Shown piece after piece: positions 14,898 to 22,855 of a DNA stretch of 64,000 bases. Positions within the stretch are counted from its first letter, which is position 1; each line of letters begins with the position of its first letter. This DNA comes from Candidatus Taylorbacteria bacterium RIFCSPLOWO2_01_FULL_48_100 (lineage in GTDB: Bacteria > Patescibacteriota > Minisyncoccia > Phycocordibacterales > UBA10002). Below the pieces are notes generated by a model. It was not told the origin of the DNA and did no database searches. It worked only from the letters and a program-made list of their open reading frames with translations. Made by a program: the position numbers and the translations under genes. Location of the stretch: assembly GCA_001821135.1 (NCBI GenBank), contig MHSA01000011.1:3042-67041 (forward strand), in the 5' to 3' direction.

Positions 14898-15353
14898 CTA
14901 GAAGCCGAGATACTCCATTATTTTCTGCGGGAGCGGTTCATGGAGTTCTTCTTCTTGTAAACGCTCGGCAAGCGCGGCGCGAATAATATTCGGATGTATT
15001 TCTTCAATCGGAATTGAGACGAGCAGAGATAGTTTCTTTTTTTGTTTAAGAATTAGGCGAGGAAATCCGTCGCGTGCTTCAACCCAAAAGGAAGTAAGTA
15101 TGTCGTACGGATAATGCGAATCGCCAAAAACAATTTCTGTATCAGTAATGAACACGCGAACCGCGCGTGGCGCGCGGTTCGCAAAAAAGAAGAAACTGAG
15201 CGCCGCGAGCGCGATAACGATTGCAAACAAGATATTACCTAGAAGCGCGGATGCGGCAATGAGCGCAAGCGCAATAATACCGCTCGCCAGAAACCACTCC
15301 GCGGTCTTTTCCGTATGCCTATATTCCGGAGTTGTCCATGAGATGTGGGGCAT
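14898..15353 (-). CDS. Hypothetical small membrane protein (two TM helices)
   Basis: 151-aa ORF; hydrophobic helices at residues 20-70. Confidence 0.45.
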   Translation of the reverse strand: MPHISWTTPEYRHTEKTAEWFLASGIIALALIAASALLGNILFAIVIALAALSFFFFANRAPRAVRVFITDTEIVFGDSHYPYDILTSFWVEARDGFPRLILKQKKKLSLLVSIPIEEIHPNIIRAALAERLQEEELHEPLPQKIMEYLGF

Positions 15354-15367
15354 GATATGAAAAGTTT

Positions 15368-15793
15368 TTAACTTTTTGTCTTTGGTGAAGGCGACAACTC
15401 AAAGACATCGTGGTCTTTTTCAAATTTTACGCGGAAATACTCAAAGAAGTCCTCCTGTCCGAGGAGTATATCGACCGATGGACTGTCAATAAAAGCAACC
15501 AAAGCCGCTACCGGTTTATCAAAGTGTTTGACTTTGAGCGTTATTGACGAAAGGTAGCAAGGTATGCGCGCGCCGCTGATGCCGATAAATTCTTTTTTCC
15601 TTTCTGTATCCAACACAGCATCCAACGCTTTGGCGTACTCAAGATTTATGAGAGTCGTGTCAGCACCCGAATCTAAAAGACCAAGTGCTTTGATATTTTT
15701 ATTTTTACCGATTAACTCGAGTTCAACAAGCGGCCGTTTGAGCAAACGACCTTTCGCATTCGTTCCGAACACGGAAGTATATTCAAATTTCAT
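15368..15793 (-). CDS. Clan AA (retropepsin-like) aspartic protease, module 1
   Basis: Catalytic LLDSGAD (D-S-G-A) motif and a later I-G-x-D-type flap/dimerisation region, at retropepsin length (141 aa). Paralogous to 25373-25921. Confidence 0.7.
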   Translation of the reverse strand: MKFEYTSVFGTNAKGRLLKRPLVELELIGKNKNIKALGLLDSGADTTLINLEYAKALDAVLDTERKKEFIGISGARIPCYLSSITLKVKHFDKPVAALVAFIDSPSVDILLGQEDFFEYFRVKFEKDHDVFELSPSPKTKS

Positions 15794-15993
15794 GCACGAC
15801 AGCCAGGAGCGTACCCGACATCTGAAGGCAACACTCGCATAATGATTGATTCTTTCTCACCGACCTTTTGCTGTAATGACCGCAATGTGTCGTCTACAGC
15901 AACTACTTTTTTATAATCAGAAGAAACCGCCACCCACTTATTTTCGTGGGTTTTATTGAGGACTTTGAGGTTTGGAGCTTTTACTGTTTCCAT
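15790..15993 (-). CDS. DUF5678-like small protein, partner of the retropepsin-like protease (module 1)
   Basis: 67 aa; NKWVAVSSDYKKVVAVDD...IIMRVLPSDVGY. Overlaps the protease start by 4 nt (ATGA). Homologous to 25121-25369. Confidence 0.6.
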   Translation of the reverse strand: METVKAPNLKVLNKTHENKWVAVSSDYKKVVAVDDTLRSLQQKVGEKESIIMRVLPSDVGYAPGCRA

Positions 15994-16227
15994 AATAACT
16001 TTAGTATATCTAATCCATTATTCGTTTGCAATTAAAGATTTTCAGTCAGAAATTCAATGTCTTAAACTGCTCATCGTTTGCGCCAGTCAAAATAATCTTC
16101 TTATTAGGAAATGTCTCAAGTAAATCGTACATTTCTTTAAAAATTCCCTCGCCTTTAATAATAAATACTTGTACCGCATCAACAAGAATTGTTTTCATGG
16201 TTTTTTCATTTTTAATTTCAATAAAAA

Positions 16228-16314
16228 CGGAGGGGGTGAGATTCGAACTCACGAACGGTGTAAACCGTTAGAAGTTTTCAAGACTTCCGCACTAGACCTC
16301 TATGCGACCCCTCC
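16228..16314 (-). tRNA. tRNA-Ser (anticodon TGA), class II with a long variable arm
   Basis: The reverse complement folds as GGAGGGG...GAAGT-CTTGAAA-ACTTC...long variable arm...GTGAG-TTCGAAT-CTCAC-CCCCTCC-G. Confidence 0.75.
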
Positions 16315-16345
16315 CTCGCTACGATACTATCAAAATGAGCCGATA

Positions 16346-16741
16346 ATGTATAATGGCGCAATGCGCTTTATAGGCATTGATTACGGAACAAAGCGGGTGG
16401 GGGTGGCGGTGTCGGACGAGGAGGGGAAAATTGCGTTTCCGCATGTGGTCTTGGCGAATGACGAGAATCTGGTAACCGCGCTCGCGGCGCTGTGCCGCGA
16501 GCGCGGCGTGTCGGAAATTGTTGTCGGCGACTCGCGCGATTTTGCAGGCGAGCCGAATAAAATAACTGCGCACGTTAAAAAGTTTACAAAAGAAATTGTA
16601 GATGCAACGGGGCTTCCGGTACACAGCGAACCCGAGTTTTGGTCTTCGGCGCAAGCCGAGCGGTGGCAAGGCAAGACCGAAAAATTAGACGCTTCCGCCG
16701 CCGCTATTATTTTGCAAAGTTTTTTGGATAGAAATTGTTAA
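16346..16741 (+). CDS. ruvX: Holliday junction resolvase-like protein RuvX/YqgF
   Basis: MRFIGIDYGTKRVGVAVSD...IVVGDSRDF is the YqgF signature. The 5' extension of the tracked ORF overlaps the tRNA-Ser, so the start is set at the internal ATG 16346 (alternative 16361). Confidence 0.8.
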   Translation: MYNGAMRFIGIDYGTKRVGVAVSDEEGKIAFPHVVLANDENLVTALAALCRERGVSEIVVGDSRDFAGEPNKITAHVKKFTKEIVDATGLPVHSEPEFWSSAQAERWQGKTEKLDASAAAIILQSFLDRNC

Positions 16742-16790
16742 CCAAAACATACTTCTACAAAGCCGTATTCTCGCTGTTCCTCCACGGCAC

Positions 16791-16820
16791 TTGACAAAAA
16801 AGCATCAGTTATGCTATACT
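16791..16820 (+). promoter_or_regulatory. Sigma70-like promoter: TTGACA, 18-nt spacer, TATACT, upstream of the DGR target gene
   Basis: Consensus hexamers, with the same TGCTATACT -10 context as the promoters at 2796 and 11521. Confidence 0.55.
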
Positions 16821-16888
16821 GTTAGGTAGTTCAATGTACCTTGTAAGGTTACGGAGGACTGTTAAATCAACAACTCAAAAAAGAAAGG

Positions 16889-17674
16889 ATGGCTATGAAT
16901 AAAGTAGTCGTCGGTCAATCGGTTACGGCTGGCCAAATGAAGGACTTCTGGCGTCAGGTTGACGATGGAAGTATTGGTGGAGATTATTTTCAAGATTTTC
17001 TCGCACACAAACTGGAAAGGAAAGATGGGAACACGGTATCAGAAGTGACAACACCAAAAATCGTCATCCCAAACCTCCTCTCCACCCCTCCCACCCTCGC
17101 CGACTGGCTCAAAGCCCGAGAGGAACTGCACAAGTTCCTTACAGGTGAGCAGGTGATTCTGCGCGATATCTTCGCCCTCACGGACGAAGAACTCGCCAGC
17201 ACCACGCTGATGCCCGCCTTTCGTCCTGCAGGTGCCACCAACCGTAATGCGATTTATTGGAAAATCAAAATTGGGGAGAACAAACCCTATGAAGAAATAG
17301 ATGTAATGAAGTACACAAACAGTCAAGGTCCAAAACAACCCGAGCTGTACATCATCAACCGCTCCGTTACACCAGATGACGACACGGTCGGCGACAAAGC
17401 CAAGAGTCCCAACCAACTCATCGCTCACAACAAGCTATGGCTCGGACTCTTCTGCTGGTGCGATGCAGATACTCTGCATCATGTCATTACCGGAGAGACC
17501 CTTGACCAAAAAACTTGGACATGGTTCCCAAACGACCGTCTCCGCTACGCCAAGGTTGCGCTCGGCTACTGGAACCCGCTCAACCGCCGGGTCTACCTCT
17601 ACTGGCGCTATGCCGTCTATTGCAATCCGAACAACGGCGCTCGCTCAGCAAAAAAAGTTCCCATTAAATCTTGA
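16889..17674 (+). CDS. DGR target (variable) protein; the C-terminal ~35 aa are encoded by the VR
   Basis: 261 aa. The C-terminus ...RYAKVALGYWNPLNRRVYLYWRYAVYCNPNNGARS aligns with the TR-encoded NGKVANGNWNPNNRQVYLNWNYADNCNPNNGARS. Confidence 0.8.
   Translation: MAMNKVVVGQSVTAGQMKDFWRQVDDGSIGGDYFQDFLAHKLERKDGNTVSEVTTPKIVIPNLLSTPPTLADWLKAREELHKFLTGEQVILRDIFALTDEELASTTLMPAFRPAGATNRNAIYWKIKIGENKPYEEIDVMKYTNSQGPKQPELYIINRSVTPDDDTVGDKAKSPNQLIAHNKLWLGLFCWCDADTLHHVITGETLDQKTWTWFPNDRLRYAKVALGYWNPLNRRVYLYWRYAVYCNPNNGARSAKKVPIKS
17542..17648 (+). repeat. DGR variable repeat (VR)
   Basis: About 84% identical to the TR at 17938-18044. It differs from the TR only where the TR has A (apart from one edge position). 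It ends in the shared GC-rich CGGCGCTCGCTCAG (IMH-like). Confidence 0.85.
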
Positions 17675-17937
17675 ACCTTTCCCCCTTAAATCTTACTCGC
17701 TTCTTCGGTGGGTAGGTCATCGCCACTGTGGATACCCATGGTGGCGATTTTGTTACACTAACAACGGCTGTGAAATTGGTCCAGCACTTACCGTAAGTGC
17801 TGGATAACAATTTGCCAAAAAAGAAATTGCTTGCTGCATTTTTATACAATGCTCGCTCTACCCCGAGATAACACAGAAAACTGTGTAAACGATTTTCGGT
17901 GATACGGATGAAGACGCGGCACAATGAGGCACCGTCT

Positions 17938-18044
17938 CCACAACGGCAAGGTTGCGAACGGCAACTGGAACCCGAACAACCGCCAGGTCTACCTCAACTG
18001 GAACTATGCCGACAATTGCAATCCGAACAACGGCGCTCGCTCAG
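17938..18044 (+). repeat. DGR template repeat (TR)
   Basis: Non-coding copy of the VR with many AAC codons. All informative mismatches are TR-A to VR-N. Confidence 0.85.
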
Positions 18045-18066
18045 AAATTTCTCGTACCAAGGAGCC

Positions 18067-18386
18067 GTTACGGCTCCTTGGTCGTTTCGTAAGTTATCCA
18101 ACCGTTTAACATCTTTGCGATTTCAACGAGTTGCGATGACAAGCGGAGATATATTTTTTCCGTGAAAATACCAAGTTCATATTCTGTTCGAATGAGGTGA
18201 ATTACTCGGTGAACTTGAATGCGCGCCCCCTTTAAGAATAGGAATCTTTTCTTTTCTTGAAGTCAAAGATGCCGCAATCGTTGTGGCGAGTAATTCTAGA
18301 GTATATTTCTCAACCGTCGCATGAATTCCTAATTTGTCTCCCTTCGGCAATTTCTTCCCAATCTCGTAAATCTCTTTATGCAACAA
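18067..18386 (-). pseudogene. avd: DGR accessory variability determinant (avd, four-helix bundle), interrupted by a frameshift at a C5/G5 homopolymer near 18226-18230
   Basis: The N-terminal 69-aa ORF (EIYEIGKKLPKGDKLGIHATVEKYTLELLATTIAAS) matches the Avd/23S-IVS family. The +1 frame continues as ...YELGIFTEKIYLRLSSQLVEIAKMLNGWI, which resembles the Avd C-terminal helix. Confidence 0.55.
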
Positions 18387-18393
18387 TCGAATC

Positions 18394-19281
18394 TTGAGAA
18401 TAACTGATGGTGTCTTGTCGGGGGGGCGTCATAGTAGTGATTTTTATGATGTAATCTCGCTCGAACATCTACTCTGTGCATGGCGGAAGTTCTCCAAGGG
18501 AAAGCGAACCGACAGTGAAGTTGCAAAGTTTGAATTATGTTTGGAAGAAAATCTTTTCTCTCTCCACGAACGATTGGCGCAAGGAGTATGGACAAACGAC
18601 CCCTACCGACGCCAACCAGTTGCTGACCTCAAACCTCGCGTCATTCATATTCCGAGCGTTCGCGACCGAGTTCTTTTTCAAGCCGTATATCAAGCATTGT
18701 ATCAGATATTTGATAAGACATTTATCCACGACTCGTACGCTTCCGGGAAATGCAAAGGAACGCATACAGGCGTGAACCGATTTGAGACATTTGCACAAAA
18801 AGTATCTGCAAATCATACCAAACCCGCTTTTGTCTTGAAATGCGATATCAAAAAGTTTTTTGCAAATATCTACCTGAATGAACTAGACCAATTCGTAAAA
18901 CACAAACTTAAGGTGCGGTACTATATTCGTTACTGCGATGATTTCGTGATTTTAGACAATTCACACAAACAACTTCTGTCGCACATTTCTGCACTCCGCG
19001 CATTTCTCAATGAAAAACTCTTGCTAGAACTGCATCCGAGCAAGGTAACCATACGAAAATTGCATCAGGGAACCGATTTTCTTGGTTATGTCTCTCTCCC
19101 ACACTATCGCGTATTGCGGACAAAGACAAAACAGAGGATGCTCGCGCGAGTGAGTGAGAAGAATGTTGCGTCATATCTCGGAATGTTATCTCATTGCTGT
19201 TCCCACAATTTAACGAAAAAAATTTTGGCGGGTTATACTAAGGCGGTACAACATCATGCAATTCATACAATCTATTATTGA
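18394..19281 (+). CDS. DGR reverse transcriptase
   Basis: RT motifs present: PRVIHIPSVRDRVLFQAV (motif 1/2), LKCDIKKFF, the YCDDFVIL (YxDD) motif, and LELHPSKVTIRKLHQGTDFLGY. The tracked ORF starts at a TTG. Confidence 0.8.
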   Translation: MRITDGVLSGGRHSSDFYDVISLEHLLCAWRKFSKGKRTDSEVAKFELCLEENLFSLHERLAQGVWTNDPYRRQPVADLKPRVIHIPSVRDRVLFQAVYQALYQIFDKTFIHDSYASGKCKGTHTGVNRFETFAQKVSANHTKPAFVLKCDIKKFFANIYLNELDQFVKHKLKVRYYIRYCDDFVILDNSHKQLLSHISALRAFLNEKLLLELHPSKVTIRKLHQGTDFLGYVSLPHYRVLRTKTKQRMLARVSEKNVASYLGMLSHCCSHNLTKKILAGYTKAVQHHAIHTIYY

Positions 19282-19894
19282 TTTTCTAAATCCTACTTTT
19301 CTCATTACCGCGGTCGGTATTTTCGGGGTTTTTGCGATTGTGTTTGCCGAGTCGGGACTCTTTTTCGGTTTTTTCTTGCCGGGGGATTCGCTCCTTTTTA
19401 CTGCGGGGCTTCTCGCGTCGCTCGGGCACTTCAATATAGTGTGGCTATGGCTTGGCTGTATGGCGTGCGCAATTTTAGGCGATAGCGTTGGATATGCGTT
19501 TGGAAAGAAGATTGGACAGAAAATCTTCACGCGCGAGGATTCGCTCTTTTTTCACAAAAAACATATAGAGCGTACGCAGAAGTTTTATGCACGCTACGGC
19601 AAGAAGACCGTCGTGCTTGCGCGCTTCGTGCCGATTGTCCGCACTTTCGCGCCAATTCTAGCGGGGGTAGGGAAGATGGAGTATCGTACTTTTCTTGCGT
19701 ACAATATTATCGGAGGTATGTTATGGGCGACTCTTCTAATTTTTCTCGGTTTTTTTCTCGGTATGTTCATTCCAGACCCCGACCGTTACTTGATGCCGCT
19801 AATATTCGTTATTATTTTCATCTCCTTCCTTCCGATTTTTCGCGAATGGTGGAAAAGTAGAAAAAAGAGAGGTGATATACTGGAAGTATGGTGA
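19256..19894 (+). CDS. DedA-family (SNARE-associated) membrane protein
   Basis: FFLPGDSLLFTAGLLA and ARFVPIVRTFAPILAGVGKM are DedA motifs. Confidence 0.75.
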   Translation: MQFIQSIIDFLNPTFLITAVGIFGVFAIVFAESGLFFGFFLPGDSLLFTAGLLASLGHFNIVWLWLGCMACAILGDSVGYAFGKKIGQKIFTREDSLFFHKKHIERTQKFYARYGKKTVVLARFVPIVRTFAPILAGVGKMEYRTFLAYNIIGGMLWATLLIFLGFFLGMFIPDPDRYLMPLIFVIIFISFLPIFREWWKSRKKRGDILEVW

Positions 19895-20868
19895 ATGCGC
19901 TCATGAAGTTGTTTACTCCTCCGCGATTTCTTGCGATGCCCGCGCCGGGCATTGAAATTTCGGACGCATTTGTGCGCGCGCTTTCTTTTTCTGGGGCACC
20001 TGGAAATCTGCGCGTTGCGTGGTGGGAAGAAACAGCACTCCCTACTGGCGCGGTAGTCGGCGGAGTCATAAGCGATAAAAAAGCGGTTATTGAGATATTG
20101 AAAAAGATGCGGAGCGCACACCGCTTTAGTTTTGCGCATATCGCACTTCCAGAACAGCAGGTGTATTTATTTGAGATGTCCGCGCCAGTAGTTTCTAATG
20201 AGGAAACACACGCCGCGATTGAACTTCGTCTTGAAGAACATGTGCCGGTGCGCTCTACAGAAGCAGTGTTTGATTTTGATATGCAACGCGCCAATGCGGG
20301 TGCGCCAGGAGTAGAACGATTATTCCGCGTCGCAGTCGCTTCGCGAAGGACTTCTGAGATGTATGCGAGCGTATGCGAGGAAGCGGGTATTGCGCCGCTT
20401 TCGTTTGACAGCGAGGCGAACGCTGTCGCGCGCGCCGTGGTTGGAATACATGACCCTCGCGCGATTTTAGTCGCGCACCTCTCTGAAGATGATACTGGTT
20501 TGTATATTGTGAGTGACGGGGCGGTTCGTTTCGCGTCTACTGTGCCTCTCTCAGCAGAAAAGCTGGCATCTGACCCTGCGGCGCAAGAGGCGCTCGCGAG
20601 CGAAGCGGCGCGCGTATGCTCATTTTGGGAAGCGCATCGCGATAAAAAGAGCCGCGCGATTGAGAGTGTAGTTGCGTGCGGGCGCGGCGCGGCATTTCCG
20701 CGCATCCTTTCTGCGCTTTCGTCCACGCTTCATATTACGGCGGAGCCCGCGCTTGTGTGGGGCAATGCATTTTCTTTGGAGCGCACGGTACCTTCTTTGC
20801 CGCGCGACGAGTCGCTCCGTTTCTCTGTTCCTGCGGGTCTTGCGCTCCGCTCATTCATTTATGTTTAA
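19888..20868 (+). CDS. pilM: Type IV pilus assembly protein PilM-like (actin-fold ATPase)
   Basis: 326 aa. The call rests mainly on context, directly upstream of the PilN-like and PilO-like genes. Confidence 0.5.
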   Translation: MVNALMKLFTPPRFLAMPAPGIEISDAFVRALSFSGAPGNLRVAWWEETALPTGAVVGGVISDKKAVIEILKKMRSAHRFSFAHIALPEQQVYLFEMSAPVVSNEETHAAIELRLEEHVPVRSTEAVFDFDMQRANAGAPGVERLFRVAVASRRTSEMYASVCEEAGIAPLSFDSEANAVARAVVGIHDPRAILVAHLSEDDTGLYIVSDGAVRFASTVPLSAEKLASDPAAQEALASEAARVCSFWEAHRDKKSRAIESVVACGRGAAFPRILSALSSTLHITAEPALVWGNAFSLERTVPSLPRDESLRFSVPAGLALRSFIYV

Positions 20869-21406
20869 CTTACTTACCGAACATGCGAAAAGAGGTGCGA
20901 TGCGCGAATATCGCGCGCGACTTATAACAGTTCTATGTGTTTTTGTTGGCGCAGAGTTATTGCTTGCTGCGAGCGGCGGCGTATTTTCTTTTGTCGCATT
21001 GCGCGAAGAAGGGAAGCGTCTCGCGAGCGAGTTGGAAGTGCTCCACAGCACGCGCGCTTTGACTGAAGAAACTGTGATGATTGAAGAAGTGAAAAAAACA
21101 AAAGCTCGTCTTGGTTTTCTAGTGTCGCCGCATCCAATTCAGGTAGCAGAAGCGGTGTCTGCGTTTGCGTCATTACGCACCGCCGGGATTCATCTTGTTG
21201 CAATCAATGTGATACTGAACGCAGAAATAGAGTGGACGATTTCTGTAAGCGGGGTTGCGGCAACGCGAGATGCGCTTGCCGAGTTTGAGAGTGCCGTGAA
21301 GGCGGACCGCCGATTTGCGGATTCCGATTTTCCACTCGGAAGTCTCGCAAAAGAGAAAGATATAGCTTTTAATATTTCCGCGATGTATCTCGGAGATTCT
21401 ATATAA
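20861..21406 (+). CDS. pilN: Type IV pilus assembly protein PilN-like
   Basis: N-terminal MFNLLTE resembles the conserved PilN INLLP motif; a single TM helix follows, then a periplasmic domain. The 5' extension of the tracked ORF (from 20672) is rejected. Confidence 0.5.
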   Translation: MFNLLTEHAKRGAMREYRARLITVLCVFVGAELLLAASGGVFSFVALREEGKRLASELEVLHSTRALTEETVMIEEVKKTKARLGFLVSPHPIQVAEAVSAFASLRTAGIHLVAINVILNAEIEWTISVSGVAATRDALAEFESAVKADRRFADSDFPLGSLAKEKDIAFNISAMYLGDSI

Positions 21407-21408
21407 CT

Positions 21409-21951
21409 ATGACGCCCTTTCGTTCAACGAAGTTCCTTTTGTGGGTTAGCGCAGGACTTGCGCTCGCGGCAGTAACACTGTATGCCGCGCTTTGGTTTGT
21501 GTTTACACTGGAACAGTCGCGAGTGTCTGCCGCTGCTGGCGCGCTTGCGGATGCGGCACAAGCGCGCATTTCCGACACTGCGCTCCGCGCGCTTTTGTCT
21601 GAAACCGAGGAAAAGCGCGCGCAGGCGAACGAATTGTTTGTTGGGAGGGGCGATACTGTCGCATTTCTGAAAGATCTTGAAGTGGTTGGCGCGGATGCGG
21701 GAGTTAAGACGAAAGTTGTCAGTGTTGCAAAAGCCGAAAGCGTTGAAGACGCTGATACACTTGCGGAGGCGGGTCTTGAAACGCTTGCAATCGCAGTTGA
21801 GGCAAGCGGCAGCTTTTCTGGTACGCACCGCTTCCTTGTGTTATTGGAACGAATGCCGCGCACAATTTCCATTCGGCGCGCGTCGTTTGCTATGGACGAT
21901 AACGGTATTTGGAACGGCGTATTTGAGATTCAAGTTCTCAAGATTAAATAG
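21409..21951 (+). CDS. pilO: Type IV pilus assembly protein PilO-like
   Basis: N-terminal TM helix, a coiled-coil region and a C-terminal domain; sits after pilM and pilN in the same orientation. Confidence 0.45.
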   Translation: MTPFRSTKFLLWVSAGLALAAVTLYAALWFVFTLEQSRVSAAAGALADAAQARISDTALRALLSETEEKRAQANELFVGRGDTVAFLKDLEVVGADAGVKTKVVSVAKAESVEDADTLAEAGLETLAIAVEASGSFSGTHRFLVLLERMPRTISIRRASFAMDDNGIWNGVFEIQVLKIK

Positions 21952-21970
21952 ATTATTCTTGTAAAATATT

Positions 21971-22228
21971 ATGAAGTCCTTTTTTCAAAAATGCCGCGAC
22001 TGGATGCTCATCTTGGCGGGAGCGGTGCTGTTTGCGCTTGTCCTCGCATTACTCAATTGGTTTCTGTTTATAAGAAATATAAAACCGGAACCGGTTCAGA
22101 GTACGGCGCGCGCCGTGTCGTTTTCGCGAGAGAAGTTGGACGAAGTACTTGGCGCGTTTGAACAGCGGGAAGCGCAATACGACAGCGCGCGCCGAACGCT
22201 TCCTTCAATTGCCGACCCGTGGAAATAG
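21971..22228 (+). CDS. Hypothetical small membrane protein (possible pilus-assembly accessory)
   Basis: 85-aa ORF with one TM helix, immediately after the pilO-like gene. Confidence 0.35.
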   Translation: MKSFFQKCRDWMLILAGAVLFALVLALLNWFLFIRNIKPEPVQSTARAVSFSREKLDEVLGAFEQREAQYDSARRTLPSIADPWK

Positions 22229-22245
22229 GGGTATTGTTTTTATAC

Positions 22246-22317
22246 CCCCTTGTAGTTCAATGGATAGAACAACGCTCTTCTAAGGCGTTGATGTAGGTTC
22301 GATTCCTACCAAGGGGA
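22246..22317 (+). tRNA. tRNA-Arg (anticodon TCT)
   Basis: Acceptor CCCCTTG/CAAGGGG; D-arm GTTC-AATGGATA-GAAC; anticodon stem ACGCT/GGCGT with loop CTTCTAA; T-arm GTAGG-TTCGATT-CCTAC. Confidence 0.75.
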
Positions 22318-22426
22318 TTAAAATGTATCTGTGCATATCTCGCGCTTGCGGTGAAATTGGCGTGTTATAATAAATGGCGCAAAGGTCTTTGTATTTATTA
22401 TGCAGTTTTTTTAGTATTTAATTTTT

Positions 22427-22645
22427 ATGAAAGGAATTCATGTTATTTCTTGGATTTTGCTCGTGGTCGGCGGTCTAAACTGGGGACTCCTAGCGCTTAC
22501 CGGTTGGGAAGTTGGGTCGCTCTTCGGCGGTATGGATGCGGGAATTTCTAAGACAATCTATGTCTTGGTAGGCCTCGCGGCACTCTATGAGCTCTTCACG
22601 CACAAGAAGGGGTGCAAGGTATGCGCGGGCAGTTCGTCAATGTAA
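22427..22645 (+). CDS. DUF378-family small membrane protein
   Basis: ISWILLVVGGLNWGLLAL and YVLVGLAALYELF; two TM helices typical of DUF378. Confidence 0.6.
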   Translation: MKGIHVISWILLVVGGLNWGLLALTGWEVGSLFGGMDAGISKTIYVLVGLAALYELFTHKKGCKVCAGSSSM

Positions 22646-22663
22646 TGGTGAAATGTGCGGCAG

Positions 22664-22703
22664 AAAAACAGATCATCTCCCGTCGGGAGATGATCTGTTT
22701 TTT
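22664..22703. terminator. Bidirectional rho-independent terminator (AACAGATCATCTCCCG-TCGGGAGATGATCTGTT flanked by A-run and T-run)
   Basis: Perfect 15-bp stem with poly-A/T on both sides, between the DUF378 gene (+) and tRNA-Val (-). Confidence 0.8.
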
Positions 22704-22705
22704 GA

Positions 22706-22778
22706 TGGACGGTGCAGGGCTCGAACCCGCGACCCCCTCAGTGTAAATGAGGTGCTCTACCAACTGAGCTAACCGTCC
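22706..22778 (-). tRNA. tRNA-Val (anticodon TAC)
   Basis: The reverse complement folds as GGACGGT-TA-GCTC-AGTTGGTA-GAGC...CCTCA-TTTACAC-TGAGG...GCGGG-TTCGAGC-CCTGC-ACCGTCC-A. Confidence 0.8.
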
Positions 22779-22855
22779 GTATCTGTAAGGATACGCAACG
22801 CGGAGCATTTTGCAAAGGTTGTACAAAGGCGTATAACCCTATAAGATACACTCTT

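Larger units (their letters stand above)
16889..19281 (+). mobile_element. Diversity-generating retroelement (DGR) cassette: target gene with C-terminal VR, then TR, then avd (opposite strand, frameshifted), then reverse transcriptase
   Basis: A 107-bp VR (17542-17648) and TR (17938-18044) form a near-identical pair. Sixteen of the 17 differences fall at TR adenines; the one exception (C in VR, G in TR) lies at the 5' edge. The TR is rich in AAC codons. An RT gene with a YCDD motif lies downstream, and an Avd-like four-helix-bundle ORF sits between them. Confidence 0.85.

Noticed and set aside
16046-16252. 68-aa minus-strand ORF next to tRNA-Ser as an integrase or HAD fragment
   Set aside because: Its 5' part overlaps the tRNA-Ser gene. 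The remaining ~50 aa have no diagnostic motif (no DxDGT and no integrase R/H/Y residues). Left unannotated.
18394-19281. Reverse transcriptase as a group II intron or retron RT
   Set aside because: There is no intron RNA domain structure or maturase/endonuclease extension. The adjacent TR/VR pair with strictly adenine-specific mismatches, plus the Avd-like gene, identify it as a DGR RT.
19818-20726. 302-aa minus-strand ORF antisense to pilM, and similar long antisense ORFs (3043-3630, 11735-12376, 35078-35758, 38781-39512, 40354-41001)
   Set aside because: They overlap well-supported genes on the opposite strand. They have Ala/Arg/Ser-rich low-complexity composition typical of GC-rich antisense frames.
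20672-20860. 244-aa version of the pilN-like ORF starting at 20672
   Set aside because: The extension overlaps the pilM 3' end in another frame and is Arg-rich and low-complexity. The PilN-like INLLP-type motif (MFNLLTE) and the TM helix start at 20861.
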